Shown: positions 53,697-63,403 of the stretch, one piece after another | How positions within the stretch are numbered: the stretch's first letter is position 1 | Layout: each line of letters starts with the position of its first letter | DNA from: an uncultured bacterium | GTDB taxonomy: Bacteria > Verrucomicrobiota > Kiritimatiellia > RFP12 > CAIWXQ01 | Direction: 5' to 3' | DNA length: 64,000 bases | Assembly (NCBI GenBank): GCA_903916675.1 | Contig: CAIWXQ010000002.1 | Location: 24,421 to 88,420 of the forward strand | Notes under the pieces: generated by a model | What the model was told of the DNA's origin: nothing | Databases searched by the model: none | Seen by the model: only the letters and a program-made list of their open reading frames with translations | Program-made: the position numbers and the translations under genes

Positions 53697-53771
53697 TGGC
53701 TCCGGCGGCAGGATTCGAACCTGCGACCAAGTGGTTAACAGCCACCTGCGCTACCACTGCGCTACGCCGGA
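53697..53771 (-). tRNA. trnN: tRNA-Asn (anticodon GTT), CCA end encoded
   Basis: Reverse complement TCCGGCGTAGCGCAGTGGTAGCGCAGGTGGCTGTTAACCACTTGGTCGCAGGTTCGAATCCTGCCGCCGGAGCCA. 7-bp acceptor stem and T-loop GGTTCGAAT. Confidence 0.9.
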
Positions 53772-53888
53772 ACAGTGAACAATTTTCCCGTGGGGCGCGG
53801 AAGCACCGGGATGCCGCGAGAAAGTGCAGAACTGTAGCCCATCGGGTGTGCGATTGTCAACGCCGGGGGTGCGGCAGGAATACGTAAG

Positions 53889-54608
53889 CTACGAGACGAA
53901 AGAATATTCCGTTGAGCGGCGGTCTTTCGAAGCCAGCCAGATGCAGCAGTGGTGGGAACGTGATCCTTTGTGGGCGGGGACGCGGAAATTGCGCACGTGG
54001 AGGTGCTCCTGTCGAAGGCGGCGCTCGAACGGGGCATCGAAAAAGGCAGACCAGACGGCAAGGCATCCTTTGGATCGGAGTGAGTTGATGCAGGATTGGA
54101 TGCCGTCGCGGCTGTATACCTGACTATTGCGAACATCGGTAATGGCGTGTGGCCCATTGTCTACATCGAGCAGTATGGCATCGAAAACTCCAGGGGACTG
54201 GCGGATCACGTTTGCCACATCGTCAACCTTGAGGACAACACGGCGGTCCCTAAGCGGGTGATTGGTCAACTCACCCAGGTAGTCACGGTTCCAGCGGACA
54301 ATCTCGGGAAGCAGTTCAGCCACGACTACCGTGGCCCGAGATCCAAGCATGTCGAGCGTCTGCCGCAGGGTGTAGCCCATGCCGAGACCACCGATCAAGA
54401 CTGTGGGAGTCCGATGTCCGGCAACATGGCCGCAGCCGAGACGCGCCAACTCAAGTTCAGATTCGTGGGCCCGGCTCACCATCAGGTCGTTGCGGTCCAC
54501 CGTGATGATGTAGTCTTTCTCGTGCTGGTGGAGCGCCAGCCGGCTTCCGTCCGGGGCGCTGGTCGTGGCGATCTGTACCATTTTCTTCACGACTGTCTCA
54601 TCCCTCAT
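53889..54608 (-). CDS. Spermidine-synthase-like (polyamine aminopropyltransferase fold) protein
   Basis: 239 aa. VLIGGLGMGYTLRQTL...VVVAELLPEIV...FDAILLDVDNGP matches the spermine/spermidine synthase family layout. Confidence 0.7.
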   Translation of the reverse strand: MRDETVVKKMVQIATTSAPDGSRLALHQHEKDYIITVDRNDLMVSRAHESELELARLGCGHVAGHRTPTVLIGGLGMGYTLRQTLDMLGSRATVVVAELLPEIVRWNRDYLGELTNHPLRDRRVVLKVDDVANVIRQSPGVFDAILLDVDNGPHAITDVRNSQVYSRDGIQSCINSLRSKGCLAVWSAFFDAPFERRLRQEHLHVRNFRVPAHKGSRSHHCCIWLASKDRRSTEYSFVS

Positions 54609-54767
54609 CGCCTGCCGGATAGAAACACCTGCCGTTTACTTGCGACATGCCGTCAATCATCATGACAGCCAACTGGATCCCCGCCGGCATTGGGCTCTCC
54701 ATGTGCCAGCCTTGTTCAGGATCGCATGCCCGGACGGGCACTTGGTCTTCAGCCAGTCTACTATGGC

Positions 54768-55598
54768 CTACATCTGGATGCGCCGGATGCGAGCACCTTC
54801 TTCCCGCTGCACAGTCCGGGCGTAGTGGACAGCAGGCCGACCGAACAGCATCGTGTAGTAGTAGTGCCCCGGCGGCACCCCCATGACGGCTTTCAGTTCG
54901 GGCACCAGTTCCATGGCCATCTTGGCCAGACCGCACCAGACTGTGCCCAGACCGGCGCTCTGCGCCATGAGTTCAAAATAGGCCAGAGCCAGGTTTACGT
55001 CTTCCTGGGGACAGACGGATTCGGGGGAGGCTGAGATTGCCAGCAGGTGGGGAGCGCCCCGGAAGATCACGTCTACCTTCTGGTCAAACCAGGCTGGCAC
55101 GGCCTGCACGAGGTAGGCGTGCTGCTCGGGAACCCGGCCAGCCTTTACGGCATCTGCCAGGGCGGTAAGGGCTTTGACGCGAAACCGCTGCATCACGTCC
55201 TTGTCGTCGATTACCGAGAAGGTCAGGGCCATCCGGTTGACTGCGGTGGGGACATTGCCAAGCGCTGCCAGCAATGACCGCAGGAAATCCGGGTCCACGT
55301 TCTCATCACGGTACCGGCGCACGCTGCGCCGTCCCCGGAGCAGGTTGATCATGGCGCCCGGCTTCGGGAATGACTTGGGGGTGAGCGGGATGCTGTTGGC
55401 TGGATCGCGGCCCAATATGGAAACCGCGGCCGAGGGGCAGGCGGCCAGGCAATGCTGGCACCGGATGCAGCGATCCTCATTCTCCGGCCGGATAAAGGGC
55501 ACTGCTTTACCCGAGCACTCGATGATCCGGGACGGGCAGTCCAGAACACATAGCCCGCATCGCGTGCATTTGGCTTGATCGACCTTGAAATTCAGCAT
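54768..55598 (-). CDS. 4Fe-4S ferredoxin domain fused to a nitroreductase-family domain
   Basis: 276 aa with two CxxCxxCxxxCP clusters (CTRCGLCVLDCP, CIRCQHCLAACP), then RRSVRRY...nitroreductase fold. Confidence 0.8.
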   Translation of the reverse strand: MLNFKVDQAKCTRCGLCVLDCPSRIIECSGKAVPFIRPENEDRCIRCQHCLAACPSAAVSILGRDPANSIPLTPKSFPKPGAMINLLRGRRSVRRYRDENVDPDFLRSLLAALGNVPTAVNRMALTFSVIDDKDVMQRFRVKALTALADAVKAGRVPEQHAYLVQAVPAWFDQKVDVIFRGAPHLLAISASPESVCPQEDVNLALAYFELMAQSAGLGTVWCGLAKMAMELVPELKAVMGVPPGHYYYTMLFGRPAVHYARTVQREEGARIRRIQM

Positions 55599-55627
55599 AT
55601 TGGCTGGCCTCCGTACCGAATGCCTGT

Positions 55628-56122
55628 TTAGGCTTTCCGCCCCTTGCGCCGCCTACGTTTGGCAGCCGGTTTCGCCTTCTTGGCCGGCATCTGGGCCAGC
55701 CGCGCCCTAGCCTCCGTCGCGGTCAGGTTTCGGATGGCCAGGATCGCCGCCTTTGTCGCGTCCCGAACGCGCAGCGGGCCGTTCTTGCGCTCCCATTGAT
55801 AGGCGTTCTGTCCAGAAACCCCGACCAGCCTGGCAAAAGCCGTCTGGGTCAGCCGAAGCCGCTTCCGCAGGCTCCGCATGCCCTTGCCGGTGATCCGAAC
55901 GTTCTTGCCTTCCTCCACCACAGGTTTTTGGACGGGTATGTTAGACAGGATGGCGGACAGGCTCTTAGTTGCCTTCTCCAGGGCCGAAACCCGCTTCTTG
56001 AGGCAAGCAAGCGCCTTTCTGGCAGCAATCGAGGGCTTCCTGACGGGAGCGATGGCTGCTTTGGCCTCTTTGCGGGAGAGCCGGATGATTTCATCTTTGA
56101 ATGCTTTGGCGATGTTGGGCAT
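55628..56122 (-). CDS. XRE-type helix-turn-helix protein with a Lys/Arg-rich tail
   Basis: Start chosen at MPNIAKAFKDEI (56122). HTH LRKRLRLTQTAFARLVGVSGQNAYQWE. C-terminal AKKAKPAAKRRRRKGRKA. Confidence 0.7.
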   Translation of the reverse strand: MPNIAKAFKDEIIRLSRKEAKAAIAPVRKPSIAARKALACLKKRVSALEKATKSLSAILSNIPVQKPVVEEGKNVRITGKGMRSLRKRLRLTQTAFARLVGVSGQNAYQWERKNGPLRVRDATKAAILAIRNLTATEARARLAQMPAKKAKPAAKRRRRKGRKA

Positions 56123-56153
56123 GGTGGCTCCTTGCTGGGTGTTACGTATAAGA

Positions 56154-56645
56154 TTATTTGGGCATCTGTTGCAACACACTGTTCATCGCGTTGAGAATCG
56201 TCCCTACGGTGAGCGCCCATGCGCCAAATGCAGCTGCCACAATGAGTCCGCTGACAAGACCGACGTAGCCTGTCACGAACCCGGCGATTGCCATGCCCTT
56301 GCCCGTGAGGACTTGCGGCTGTCGGGAAATCCTAGCGAATGCGACATGCCCGAGGATGATTGCCAGAATGGCCACGACAGGCCCGCAGCACATCCATCCA
56401 AATAACACGCACATGATACCCAGCGTCATGCTTGCAATCGCCATTCCTGATGTCTTCGGTAGCGGAAGTGGCGGGGCGATAGGCGGAGGGACGGGGCGAG
56501 CAGATGGTACGACGGGCAGCGTGTCCGGCTTGGCGGGGATGCGGATAGTGTTCTTGCACCACTGGCACCGGGCATCCAGGCCAGCCATGTCATCTTGGGC
56601 GTCGAGCGGCCGCGAACAGTGCGGGCAGTTAAATGTCATGGGCAT
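56154..56645 (-). CDS. Zinc-ribbon plus DUF4190-like membrane protein
   Basis: 163 aa. CPHC...CQWC ribbon, Pro-rich linker, then two Gly-rich TM helices (MAIASMTLGIMCVLFGW...ILGHVA). Confidence 0.65.
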   Translation of the reverse strand: MPMTFNCPHCSRPLDAQDDMAGLDARCQWCKNTIRIPAKPDTLPVVPSARPVPPPIAPPLPLPKTSGMAIASMTLGIMCVLFGWMCCGPVVAILAIILGHVAFARISRQPQVLTGKGMAIAGFVTGYVGLVSGLIVAAAFGAWALTVGTILNAMNSVLQQMPK

Positions 56646-56804
56646 TGCCTCCTTGTCGACTGGATGCCAGGCCGTCGATGATCCGCCGGCAACTCACGCG
56701 CTGCCACAAGTAATCTGCAAAAGAGGATACGCGGATTTAGCGCCAGAGCAAGGAGTTTGCTGGCGTTACGGCGCCAGCCATCACGCGACCCATACGTATC
56801 CACC

Positions 56805-57878
56805 TCAACCCGGGTAATCGGTGTAGCCCTTTTCGCCCGGGGTGTAAAATGTCGTCTGGTCGGCCGGGATCAGCGTCGATCCGTTTCGCAGCTTGGTGAC
56901 GAGATTCGGGTTCGAAATGAAAGGCCGGCCAAAGGCGATCAGGTCCCCATTCTTTCCGGCCAGATCACCCTCAGCCCGGGCCCGGTCGTATCCGCCGGAC
57001 AGAATCAACGTTCCTCTACATGCTGCGCGAATCTTCCGCTTGATGCTGGGCGTCACCTCCGGCGCACCCATTGAGCTATGGTCCACCAGATGAATGTAGG
57101 CGAGACTTGCCCGGTTGAGTTCGACGGCGAGTTGCTCAAACGTATCCTCCATCGTGGGATCGATCGCCATGTCGTTAAACACGCCGTAGGGGGAAAGCCG
57201 GATGCCCACCCGTTCCCGGCCGATTTTCGCCGCAGCCAGCTGCGCGATCTCGACCGCGAACCGCATCCGGTTCGCGATGCTGCCACCCCATCGATCCTGG
57301 CGCTGGTTGGAGGCTGTGTTGAGGAACTGGTTGATCAGGTAGCCGTTGGCCCCGTGCAGTTCCACTCCGTCGAAACCGGCTTCGATCGCCAGCTCCGCCG
57401 ACTGGACGTACCCGGCGATGGTCAAATGGATGTCGTCCTCGGTCATCTCTTGCGGCACGGGATACGGTTGCTCACCCTGGGCATCGGTCCACAGCTTGCC
57501 GGACAGAGCGATTGGCGAAGGTGCCAGGATGCGGCTACCGGCGGGCATGTTCAGGGGGTGCGAAACCCGCCCCGTGTGCATGAGTTGCACGAAGATCCGG
57601 CTGCCACTTTTGTGGACCGCTTCCGTGACACGGCGCCAGTCCCGAACCTGACGGGAGGAGAACAGCCCGGGAATTCGTGCATACCCCAGCCCGTTGGTAG
57701 ACGGGGATGTGCCCTCGGTGATGATCAGCCCGGCTTCTGCACGTTGGGAATAATACTGCGCCACGATCGCGCCGGGCGAATTGCCCGGACTGCGACTCCG
57801 CGTCATGGGTGCCATGACCACGCGATTCTTGAGGTCAATCGTTCCCAGCTTCCAAGGTGAGAACAGAATTTCGGACAT
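56805..57878 (-). CDS. Old Yellow Enzyme family NADH:flavin oxidoreductase (alkene reductase)
   Basis: Start chosen at MSEILFSPWKLGTIDLKNRVVMAPMTRSR (57878). HGANGYLINQFL motif. Confidence 0.88.
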   Translation of the reverse strand: MSEILFSPWKLGTIDLKNRVVMAPMTRSRSPGNSPGAIVAQYYSQRAEAGLIITEGTSPSTNGLGYARIPGLFSSRQVRDWRRVTEAVHKSGSRIFVQLMHTGRVSHPLNMPAGSRILAPSPIALSGKLWTDAQGEQPYPVPQEMTEDDIHLTIAGYVQSAELAIEAGFDGVELHGANGYLINQFLNTASNQRQDRWGGSIANRMRFAVEIAQLAAAKIGRERVGIRLSPYGVFNDMAIDPTMEDTFEQLAVELNRASLAYIHLVDHSSMGAPEVTPSIKRKIRAACRGTLILSGGYDRARAEGDLAGKNGDLIAFGRPFISNPNLVTKLRNGSTLIPADQTTFYTPGEKGYTDYPG

Positions 57879-58113
57879 CACAAACTCCTTTGCCTGACGA
57901 ATCCCGGCTGTCGGTAAGAGGATACGCCAACCAGGATCCGGCGCATAGGCATTGCGCAGGGCTCTTCCCACCCTCACACCGCATTCCCCGGCGTCAACCG
58001 CGGGATCGCCAGCCATTGACGCGCAGTCTCATCCGGAAACTGGCGAGAGGCCCCTTATCTGCTGAGCCTTCTGGCATCTTGCGATTCATCCCCGGGTCTG
58101 GCACTCTCCCGGC

Positions 58114-58563
58114 ATGGCTGACCGCATCGCACCAATCCGTAAAACCACCGCCGAAATTCTCACGGACCTCCTGGCCGGGCACGATGAAGCCATGAGGTTC
58201 GGCGGAGTCGAAAAGGCGAAAAAATATCTGCTGAATTTCTTTGAGCGAGCCCATTCGATTCCCAATGCAGTGAAGTTCTTCCTTTACGACCTGCTCGCCG
58301 ATGATGCCTTTCGCTGTGATGACATCGAAACCTGTCGCGAAGCCGTGGGCAAGGCAGCTGATTATCTCCCGGCAGCCCAGGAGGAAACGAGCCAGCGCTT
58401 TCGTGAGTACACCCCGTCGATTCGTCTGTACGAACTGGGGATCTCGCTGGCCATGGATGAGGGTGAGTTCGAAAAAGCGCTGTCCCTGTGCGATCAGGCG
58501 CTCGCTGTTGGGCTGGGCAAAGCCTATGCGGCAAAAAAGGCATCGATTGAGCGGATGATGTAG
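58114..58563 (+). CDS. Hypothetical helical protein
   Basis: 149-aa ORF with coding-like composition and no recognisable motif. Confidence 0.5.
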   Translation: MADRIAPIRKTTAEILTDLLAGHDEAMRFGGVEKAKKYLLNFFERAHSIPNAVKFFLYDLLADDAFRCDDIETCREAVGKAADYLPAAQEETSQRFREYTPSIRLYELGISLAMDEGEFEKALSLCDQALAVGLGKAYAAKKASIERMM

Positions 58564-58775
58564 CACGTGTCTGGTGCCGCCCACGATGCGGGAATACATC
58601 GATGACACCCGAAGCCATCGAAACCATGCACCGGCAGGGCAAACAAACGGGCGGAGTGGATTTGGGTGTGCGCCCGGTCGCCGGGTGGCTTTCGCCCCGC
58701 GGCTGGCCGGGGAAAAAACAAAGAGACCGTAGCCATTACAGCTACAGTCTCTTTGCACGATTGGCGCTGCGATGC

Positions 58776-59057
58776 TCAGCCCAGAATGGCGTCCTTGCAG
58801 GCCTTGGCCACGCGGAATTTCACCACGCGCTTGGCCTTGATCTTGATCACCTCACCTGTCGCCGGATTACGCCCCATGCGGGCCTTGCGGTTCACCAGCA
58901 CCAGCTTGCCGAGGCCGGGGAGCGTGAAGCTGTTCTTGGCGTTCTTGTACGCCATGACCACCAACGCCTCCACCGCTGCTGTGGCCTGCTTCTTGCTGAT
59001 TTCAGCCGCTGCTGCCACGCCCGCCAGAACCTGACTCTTCGTCATTGCCTTTGCCAT
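58776..59057 (-). CDS. hup: HU-family DNA-binding protein
   Basis: 93 aa. MTKSQVLAGVAAAAEISKKQATAAVEAL...GRNPATGEVIKIKAKRVVKFR. Confidence 0.9.
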   Translation of the reverse strand: MAKAMTKSQVLAGVAAAAEISKKQATAAVEALVVMAYKNAKNSFTLPGLGKLVLVNRKARMGRNPATGEVIKIKAKRVVKFRVAKACKDAILG

Positions 59058-59178
59058 AACCGAATCCTTCCTTTTGAACTGATCGAATCACCCCGATCCA
59101 ACCATGAACAACGCAACTATGGGGCAGTTCCCCCATATCCGCAACAGCCATGTTCCCAGCGCGCGGGGCTTTGGCCGT

Positions 59179-59661
59179 TCACTCCACCGACAGCACCGTA
59201 AAGGACTGCGTGGCGTTGCCGATCTTGATCTCGAAGGTGTCGCCCACGCGTTTGTCCAGTACGGCTTGTCCAAGCGGCGCGGCGGCACTTACAACATTGA
59301 TTTCTGCCCCGTCTACACTGATTGATTCTCCGCCAGCGCCAGCACCAAGAAACAAGACCAGTGTCGTACCATCGACTGCTTTCAGCCGAACCAAAGCACC
59401 GACCTGAACGGGGCTGGTTGGGCCGATCACCATCAGCGGAACACCCTGGAGGGCTGCCAGAGCATCGGTCAGTTCCGCTACTCGCTTTGCCAACCCCCTG
59501 GAGAGGAAAGACGATTCGAGCTTGAATGTGTCATATTTGCTTTCGGCACGGTGTTCTTCGCTGGTGGCAGTTTTGAAGGTCTTCCTGGCAGAATCCGTTA
59601 TGGCTGCGAATTCCTCTATTGCCTGATTGACCAGGCGCCGATGGATATCCGTTTTGTTCAT
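59179..59661 (-). CDS. GreA/GreB-family protein (atypical N-terminus)
   Basis: Start chosen at MNKTDIHRRL (59661). C-terminal GreA_GreB_C-like (ISVDGAEINVVSAAAPLGQAVLDKRVGDTFEI). N-terminal helical AESKYDTFKLESSFLSRG segment. Confidence 0.7.
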   Translation of the reverse strand: MNKTDIHRRLVNQAIEEFAAITDSARKTFKTATSEEHRAESKYDTFKLESSFLSRGLAKRVAELTDALAALQGVPLMVIGPTSPVQVGALVRLKAVDGTTLVLFLGAGAGGESISVDGAEINVVSAAAPLGQAVLDKRVGDTFEIKIGNATQSFTVLSVE

Positions 59662-59743
59662 CAGGCATCTATCCACATCCAATACCCTGGCATTCCTTTT
59701 CAAGAATGGCCTTCTTGCACCGTGCGCAGCCATAGGGCTCAGC

Positions 59744-59860
59744 CTACGGCGACTTGGGTGAATGCAGCCGGGCCTGTTTATCCCTGGCGGCATTCGCCTG
59801 CTTGGCGTCGTGCTGCTTCTGACCCTTGGCCTTGTCCTTCCTGCTCTTCTTGTCGCCCAT
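59744..59860 (-). CDS. Possible 38-aa lysine-rich small protein
   Basis: ATG at 59860 preceded by AAGGAG at 7-nt spacing. MGDKKSRKDKAKGQKQHDAKQANAARDKQARLHSPKSP. No homology could be assessed. Confidence 0.3.
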   Translation of the reverse strand: MGDKKSRKDKAKGQKQHDAKQANAARDKQARLHSPKSP

Positions 59861-60174
59861 GGCTTTGACTCCTTTGCGGGAGCGATCAGGGCTGTGCACG
59901 TGATTTCCTGAGCAACCCGCCTCATGATCACTCATCCACAGGGACTATGGACCCTGTTCGATCACCCATCCAGTTTTTTCTGCTGTGTGCACGATGGGGG
60001 AAGAGCGGCTGTTAGGCTGTCGGCTATTAGCGGGTGATTACGCTTACACCGGGCGCATAACTAACAGGCCATGTCATCGTCACATCCATGGCGCGTCTGA
60101 TCTGCGCGGCAATCGTGGCATTGTGCTTTGCCTTTTGATACGCTGCACGCTTTTTGTCGAGCCCGGAGAACGCT

Positions 60175-61749
60175 GTGATCGCAACATCGATGCTGACCAA
60201 GAGATTCGGCGCGGAGATCCTGTTCGAGGATGTCAGCATCAAGTTCACGCCGGGAAACTGCTACGGATTGGTCGGGGCGAATGGGTCCGGCAAAACCACG
60301 TTCATCAAGATCCTGGCGGGGATCGAACCCGCCACCCGCGGCGAGGTGACCATCGGCCGGGATTGCAGCCTGGGGTATCTGCGCCAGGACCACGCGGAGT
60401 TTGACGACACCCCCATCCTGGATACGGTCTTCATGGGGAACCAGAAACTCTGGGCCCTCCATCAGGAGCGCGAGGCCTGCTTCGCCCAGGAGGACCTGTC
60501 CGAAGCCGAGCACGTGCGCAGCGGCGAGATCGAGCACGCGTTCGGCGAGGCGGGCGGATACACCATGGAGGCCGATGCCGCCAAGCTGCTGGCCGGCCTT
60601 GGTTTTGCGGAGGGCCTCTTCACGAAGAAGATGCGAACCCTGCAGGGCGGATTCAAGCTCCGGGTGCTGCTGGCGCAGGTCTTGTTTGCCCATCCCGACG
60701 TGCTGCTCCTGGATGAACCCACCAACCATCTCGACCTGGAATCCATCGAATGGCTGGTGGAGCTGCTGAATCGCTACGAAGGGACGGTCATTGTCATCTC
60801 GCACGACCGCTTCTTCCTGAACCAGGTGTGCACCCATATCGCGGACCTGGACTACCATGAAGTCCGGATGTTCACCGGCAATTACGATGCGTTTGCGATC
60901 GCGAGCCTGGAACTGCGCGAACTGCGCGAGAAAGCCAACGATAAGCTGGAAAAGCAGATCCATGACCTGAAGACCTTTATCACCCGCTTCAGCGCCAACG
61001 CCTCCAAGTCCAAGCAGGCCACCTCCCGCAAGAAGCTGCTGGGAAAGATCGAGATCAACGAGATGAAGCCCAGTTCGCGGGTCTCGCCCTTCATCCGCTT
61101 TACGAACCGGCGACGGCTGGGTGAAAAAGTGATTGCCGCCAACGGGATCTCCAAGCAGTACGACACCTGCCTGTTCCGGGATTTCTCGTGCACGATCGGC
61201 CCCAGGGAGCGGATCGCCATCATCGGCAAGAACGGGACCGGGAAGACGACGCTCCTGAAGATCCTGTGCGGCCTGCTGACGCCGGACGCCGGCTCCGTGG
61301 TGCGCGGCGAAACCATCCAGCTCAGCTATTTTCCGCAGGATCCGGGCGAGGTCCTGGATCTGGATTGCCAGGCGCTCGACTGGCTGGGGGCCTTCGCGGA
61401 AGAGGCCAGCCGGACGGAAACCGAGCTGCGCTCCTTCATGGGCCGGATGCTATTCAGCAAGGACGATGTGTTCAAGCAGATCCGGGTTCTCAGCGGCGGC
61501 GAAAAGGCCCGACTCATCCTGGCCAAGATGATGCTAGAGGGGGGCAATGTAATGGCCCTGGATGAGCCGACCAATCACCTGGACCTGGAGTCGATCGAAG
61601 CCCTGAACTTCGCGCTGTCACAAACTGAAGGCACCCTCATCTTTGTTTCGCACGACCACCGGCTGATTGCGTCGCTCGCCACCCGGATCTTCGAGCTGGT
61701 CAACGGCACGATCGTGGACCGTCTGACCGACGCCAGCAGCATGGGATAA
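60175..61749 (+). CDS. ABC-F family ATPase (YbiT/EttA-like, two ABC domains, no TM domain)
   Basis: Two Walker A motifs (GANGSGKTT, GKNGTGKTT), two signatures (LQGGFKLR, LSGGEKAR) and an inter-domain linker. Start ambiguous: TTG 60154, GTG 60175 or ATG 60190. Confidence 0.88.
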   Translation: MIATSMLTKRFGAEILFEDVSIKFTPGNCYGLVGANGSGKTTFIKILAGIEPATRGEVTIGRDCSLGYLRQDHAEFDDTPILDTVFMGNQKLWALHQEREACFAQEDLSEAEHVRSGEIEHAFGEAGGYTMEADAAKLLAGLGFAEGLFTKKMRTLQGGFKLRVLLAQVLFAHPDVLLLDEPTNHLDLESIEWLVELLNRYEGTVIVISHDRFFLNQVCTHIADLDYHEVRMFTGNYDAFAIASLELRELREKANDKLEKQIHDLKTFITRFSANASKSKQATSRKKLLGKIEINEMKPSSRVSPFIRFTNRRRLGEKVIAANGISKQYDTCLFRDFSCTIGPRERIAIIGKNGTGKTTLLKILCGLLTPDAGSVVRGETIQLSYFPQDPGEVLDLDCQALDWLGAFAEEASRTETELRSFMGRMLFSKDDVFKQIRVLSGGEKARLILAKMMLEGGNVMALDEPTNHLDLESIEALNFALSQTEGTLIFVSHDHRLIASLATRIFELVNGTIVDRLTDASSMG

Positions 61750-62069
61750 AGCTGCCACTTCCCGGCTGGACAGGTGGTCGAAATCCGGCACCGGTACTGC
61801 CCGGGAGCAGGCGGATCGCTCCATCAACCATTAGGCGTTCGCGCCCAACGAGACCGGGTACTCATCATCGTCAGCCAGCCACGGATTCCGGATACCGGCC
61901 AGTTCTATGGTCTCCTTTGCCGAGACGCCGTAGTGTTCAGGAAGCAATTTCTTATCGCGAATGCACGGTGGTGAACGACCCTTTGGCCTGTTAAGATTTC
62001 TGTACGAAGGAATGCACAGGCGACAGGGGCGGAAATGACGCGCCCGGGCTACGAAAAAGGAGTGCGAAC

Positions 62070-63359
62070 ATGAAACGGCTCTCAACAACTTTGGCCATGG
62101 CCTTTGGTCTGTGTTTTGCCGGGATGGCTGGCGCGGCTGCGCCCGGTTCTACCGTTGACTGGCCTTGCTGGCGCGGACCCGATCATAACGGCAGCATCGT
62201 CTCGCAGCGAAAGTGGGTCGCCACCTGGCCAGCCGAAGGACCCAAGAGACTCTGGACCGCCAAGATCGGCAAGGGGTATTCCTCGCCGGTCATTGGCGGC
62301 GATCATGTCTTGATTGGCGCCTTCGGCGACCCCAAGGCCATCAACCGGAAGGAAAAAGACTGGGATACCCTTTACTGCCTCAATGCCACCACCGGCGAGA
62401 TCGTCTGGCAGACGCCCATGGCCATTGACGGCAAGACTGTGCTCACAGCCGGCACACCGCTGGTGGATGGCAACGTCGTCTACATGGTCTCCAATGCCGG
62501 GCAGGTGGGGGCATTCGACGTCGCGACAGGCAAGGAACTCTGGGCCTGCGACATGACTCAGGCAGGCGTCAAGATTATCGAGCGGCGCTGCTGGTCGTCG
62601 GCCCCGCTGTTGGAGGGCAACCTTCTGATCCTCAACGGCGGCACCACCGGCATCGCTATTGACAAGACCGACGGCAAGGTGGCCTGGAAGAGTGAACCGG
62701 ACACGGCGCCATACATGAGTCCCGTGCCCATCGACATCGACGGCCAGCATCTGGTGTTCCTGGTCACCGGCACCAAGCTTGTGGCAGTCAAGCCGGCTGA
62801 CGGCACGGTGATCTTCAGCGCAAACAGAAAGGAAGTAAGCTACAAGGTCAGCTCGCCCGATCTGTGGGCCGATCCTATCGTCCGAGGCAGCGAGGTCGAG
62901 TTCAGTAGCGTCCTGTTGAACTTCAAAGATGGCAAAATCGCGATGCCTGCAGGCGGCGGCAAGCGCAATCTCGATCTGGGTAGCATCGGCCAGCCCATCG
63001 CCTACAAGGGCTGCATTTACGCCCCGCACCCCTACAAGGCTTTCAACAGCAAGCTGGAAGAGTATGGCTACCGCTGCCGCGACTGGGCCACCGGCGAGAT
63101 CAAATGGGAGCAGAAAGGCATCTGTGGCCAGCAGATCCTGGTGGACGACAAGCTGGTGATCCTGGGCATCGACGGCACGCTGGTCATCGCCCAGGCCAAT
63201 CCCGAGAAGTACGTGGAGCTGGCCCGGGCGTCCATCTTCACCGGCTACAAAGACGGCCAGCGCGACGAAAACCAGTGCCTAGTGGCCCCGGCCTTTGCCA
63301 ACGGAAGGTTGTATCTTCGCCAGAACGACACGATCACCTGTCTAGACCTGCGGGAGTAG
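62070..63359 (+). CDS. Secreted PQQ-like beta-propeller repeat protein
   Basis: 429 aa with a signal peptide. WPCWRGPDHNG... and repeated ...G.V(Y/F)..(D/N)..TG...W blades. Confidence 0.75.
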   Translation: MKRLSTTLAMAFGLCFAGMAGAAAPGSTVDWPCWRGPDHNGSIVSQRKWVATWPAEGPKRLWTAKIGKGYSSPVIGGDHVLIGAFGDPKAINRKEKDWDTLYCLNATTGEIVWQTPMAIDGKTVLTAGTPLVDGNVVYMVSNAGQVGAFDVATGKELWACDMTQAGVKIIERRCWSSAPLLEGNLLILNGGTTGIAIDKTDGKVAWKSEPDTAPYMSPVPIDIDGQHLVFLVTGTKLVAVKPADGTVIFSANRKEVSYKVSSPDLWADPIVRGSEVEFSSVLLNFKDGKIAMPAGGGKRNLDLGSIGQPIAYKGCIYAPHPYKAFNSKLEEYGYRCRDWATGEIKWEQKGICGQQILVDDKLVILGIDGTLVIAQANPEKYVELARASIFTGYKDGQRDENQCLVAPAFANGRLYLRQNDTITCLDLRE

Positions 63360-63403
63360 GACTTGCCGCAGGCCTCGACCCGCACAGAGGAGGAGCGCAA
63401 GCG

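Noticed and set aside
53330-53700. Chromosomal replication origin hypothesis, based on AT-richer DNA plus GTCCAC(A) motifs loosely resembling DnaA boxes.
   Set aside because: The best motif matches only 7/9 of TTATCCACA. There is no dnaA/dnaN nearby. The flanking gene orientation does not fit either, since the Tad genes point toward the tract and the genes to its right point toward it on the minus strand. It would need a whole-genome GC-skew analysis to revisit.
53421-53757. Short ORFs in the tRNA-Asn flank (60 aa plus strand, 95 aa minus strand).
   Set aside because: They use alternative start codons, have no RBS and odd composition, and the minus-strand ORF runs through the tRNA-Asn gene.
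61831-62088. 85-aa minus-strand ORF between the ABC-F gene and the beta-propeller gene.
   Set aside because: It overlaps the start of the beta-propeller gene, has an Arg/Cys-rich non-coding-like N-terminal half, and has no RBS. Only the last 40 residues or so look protein-like.
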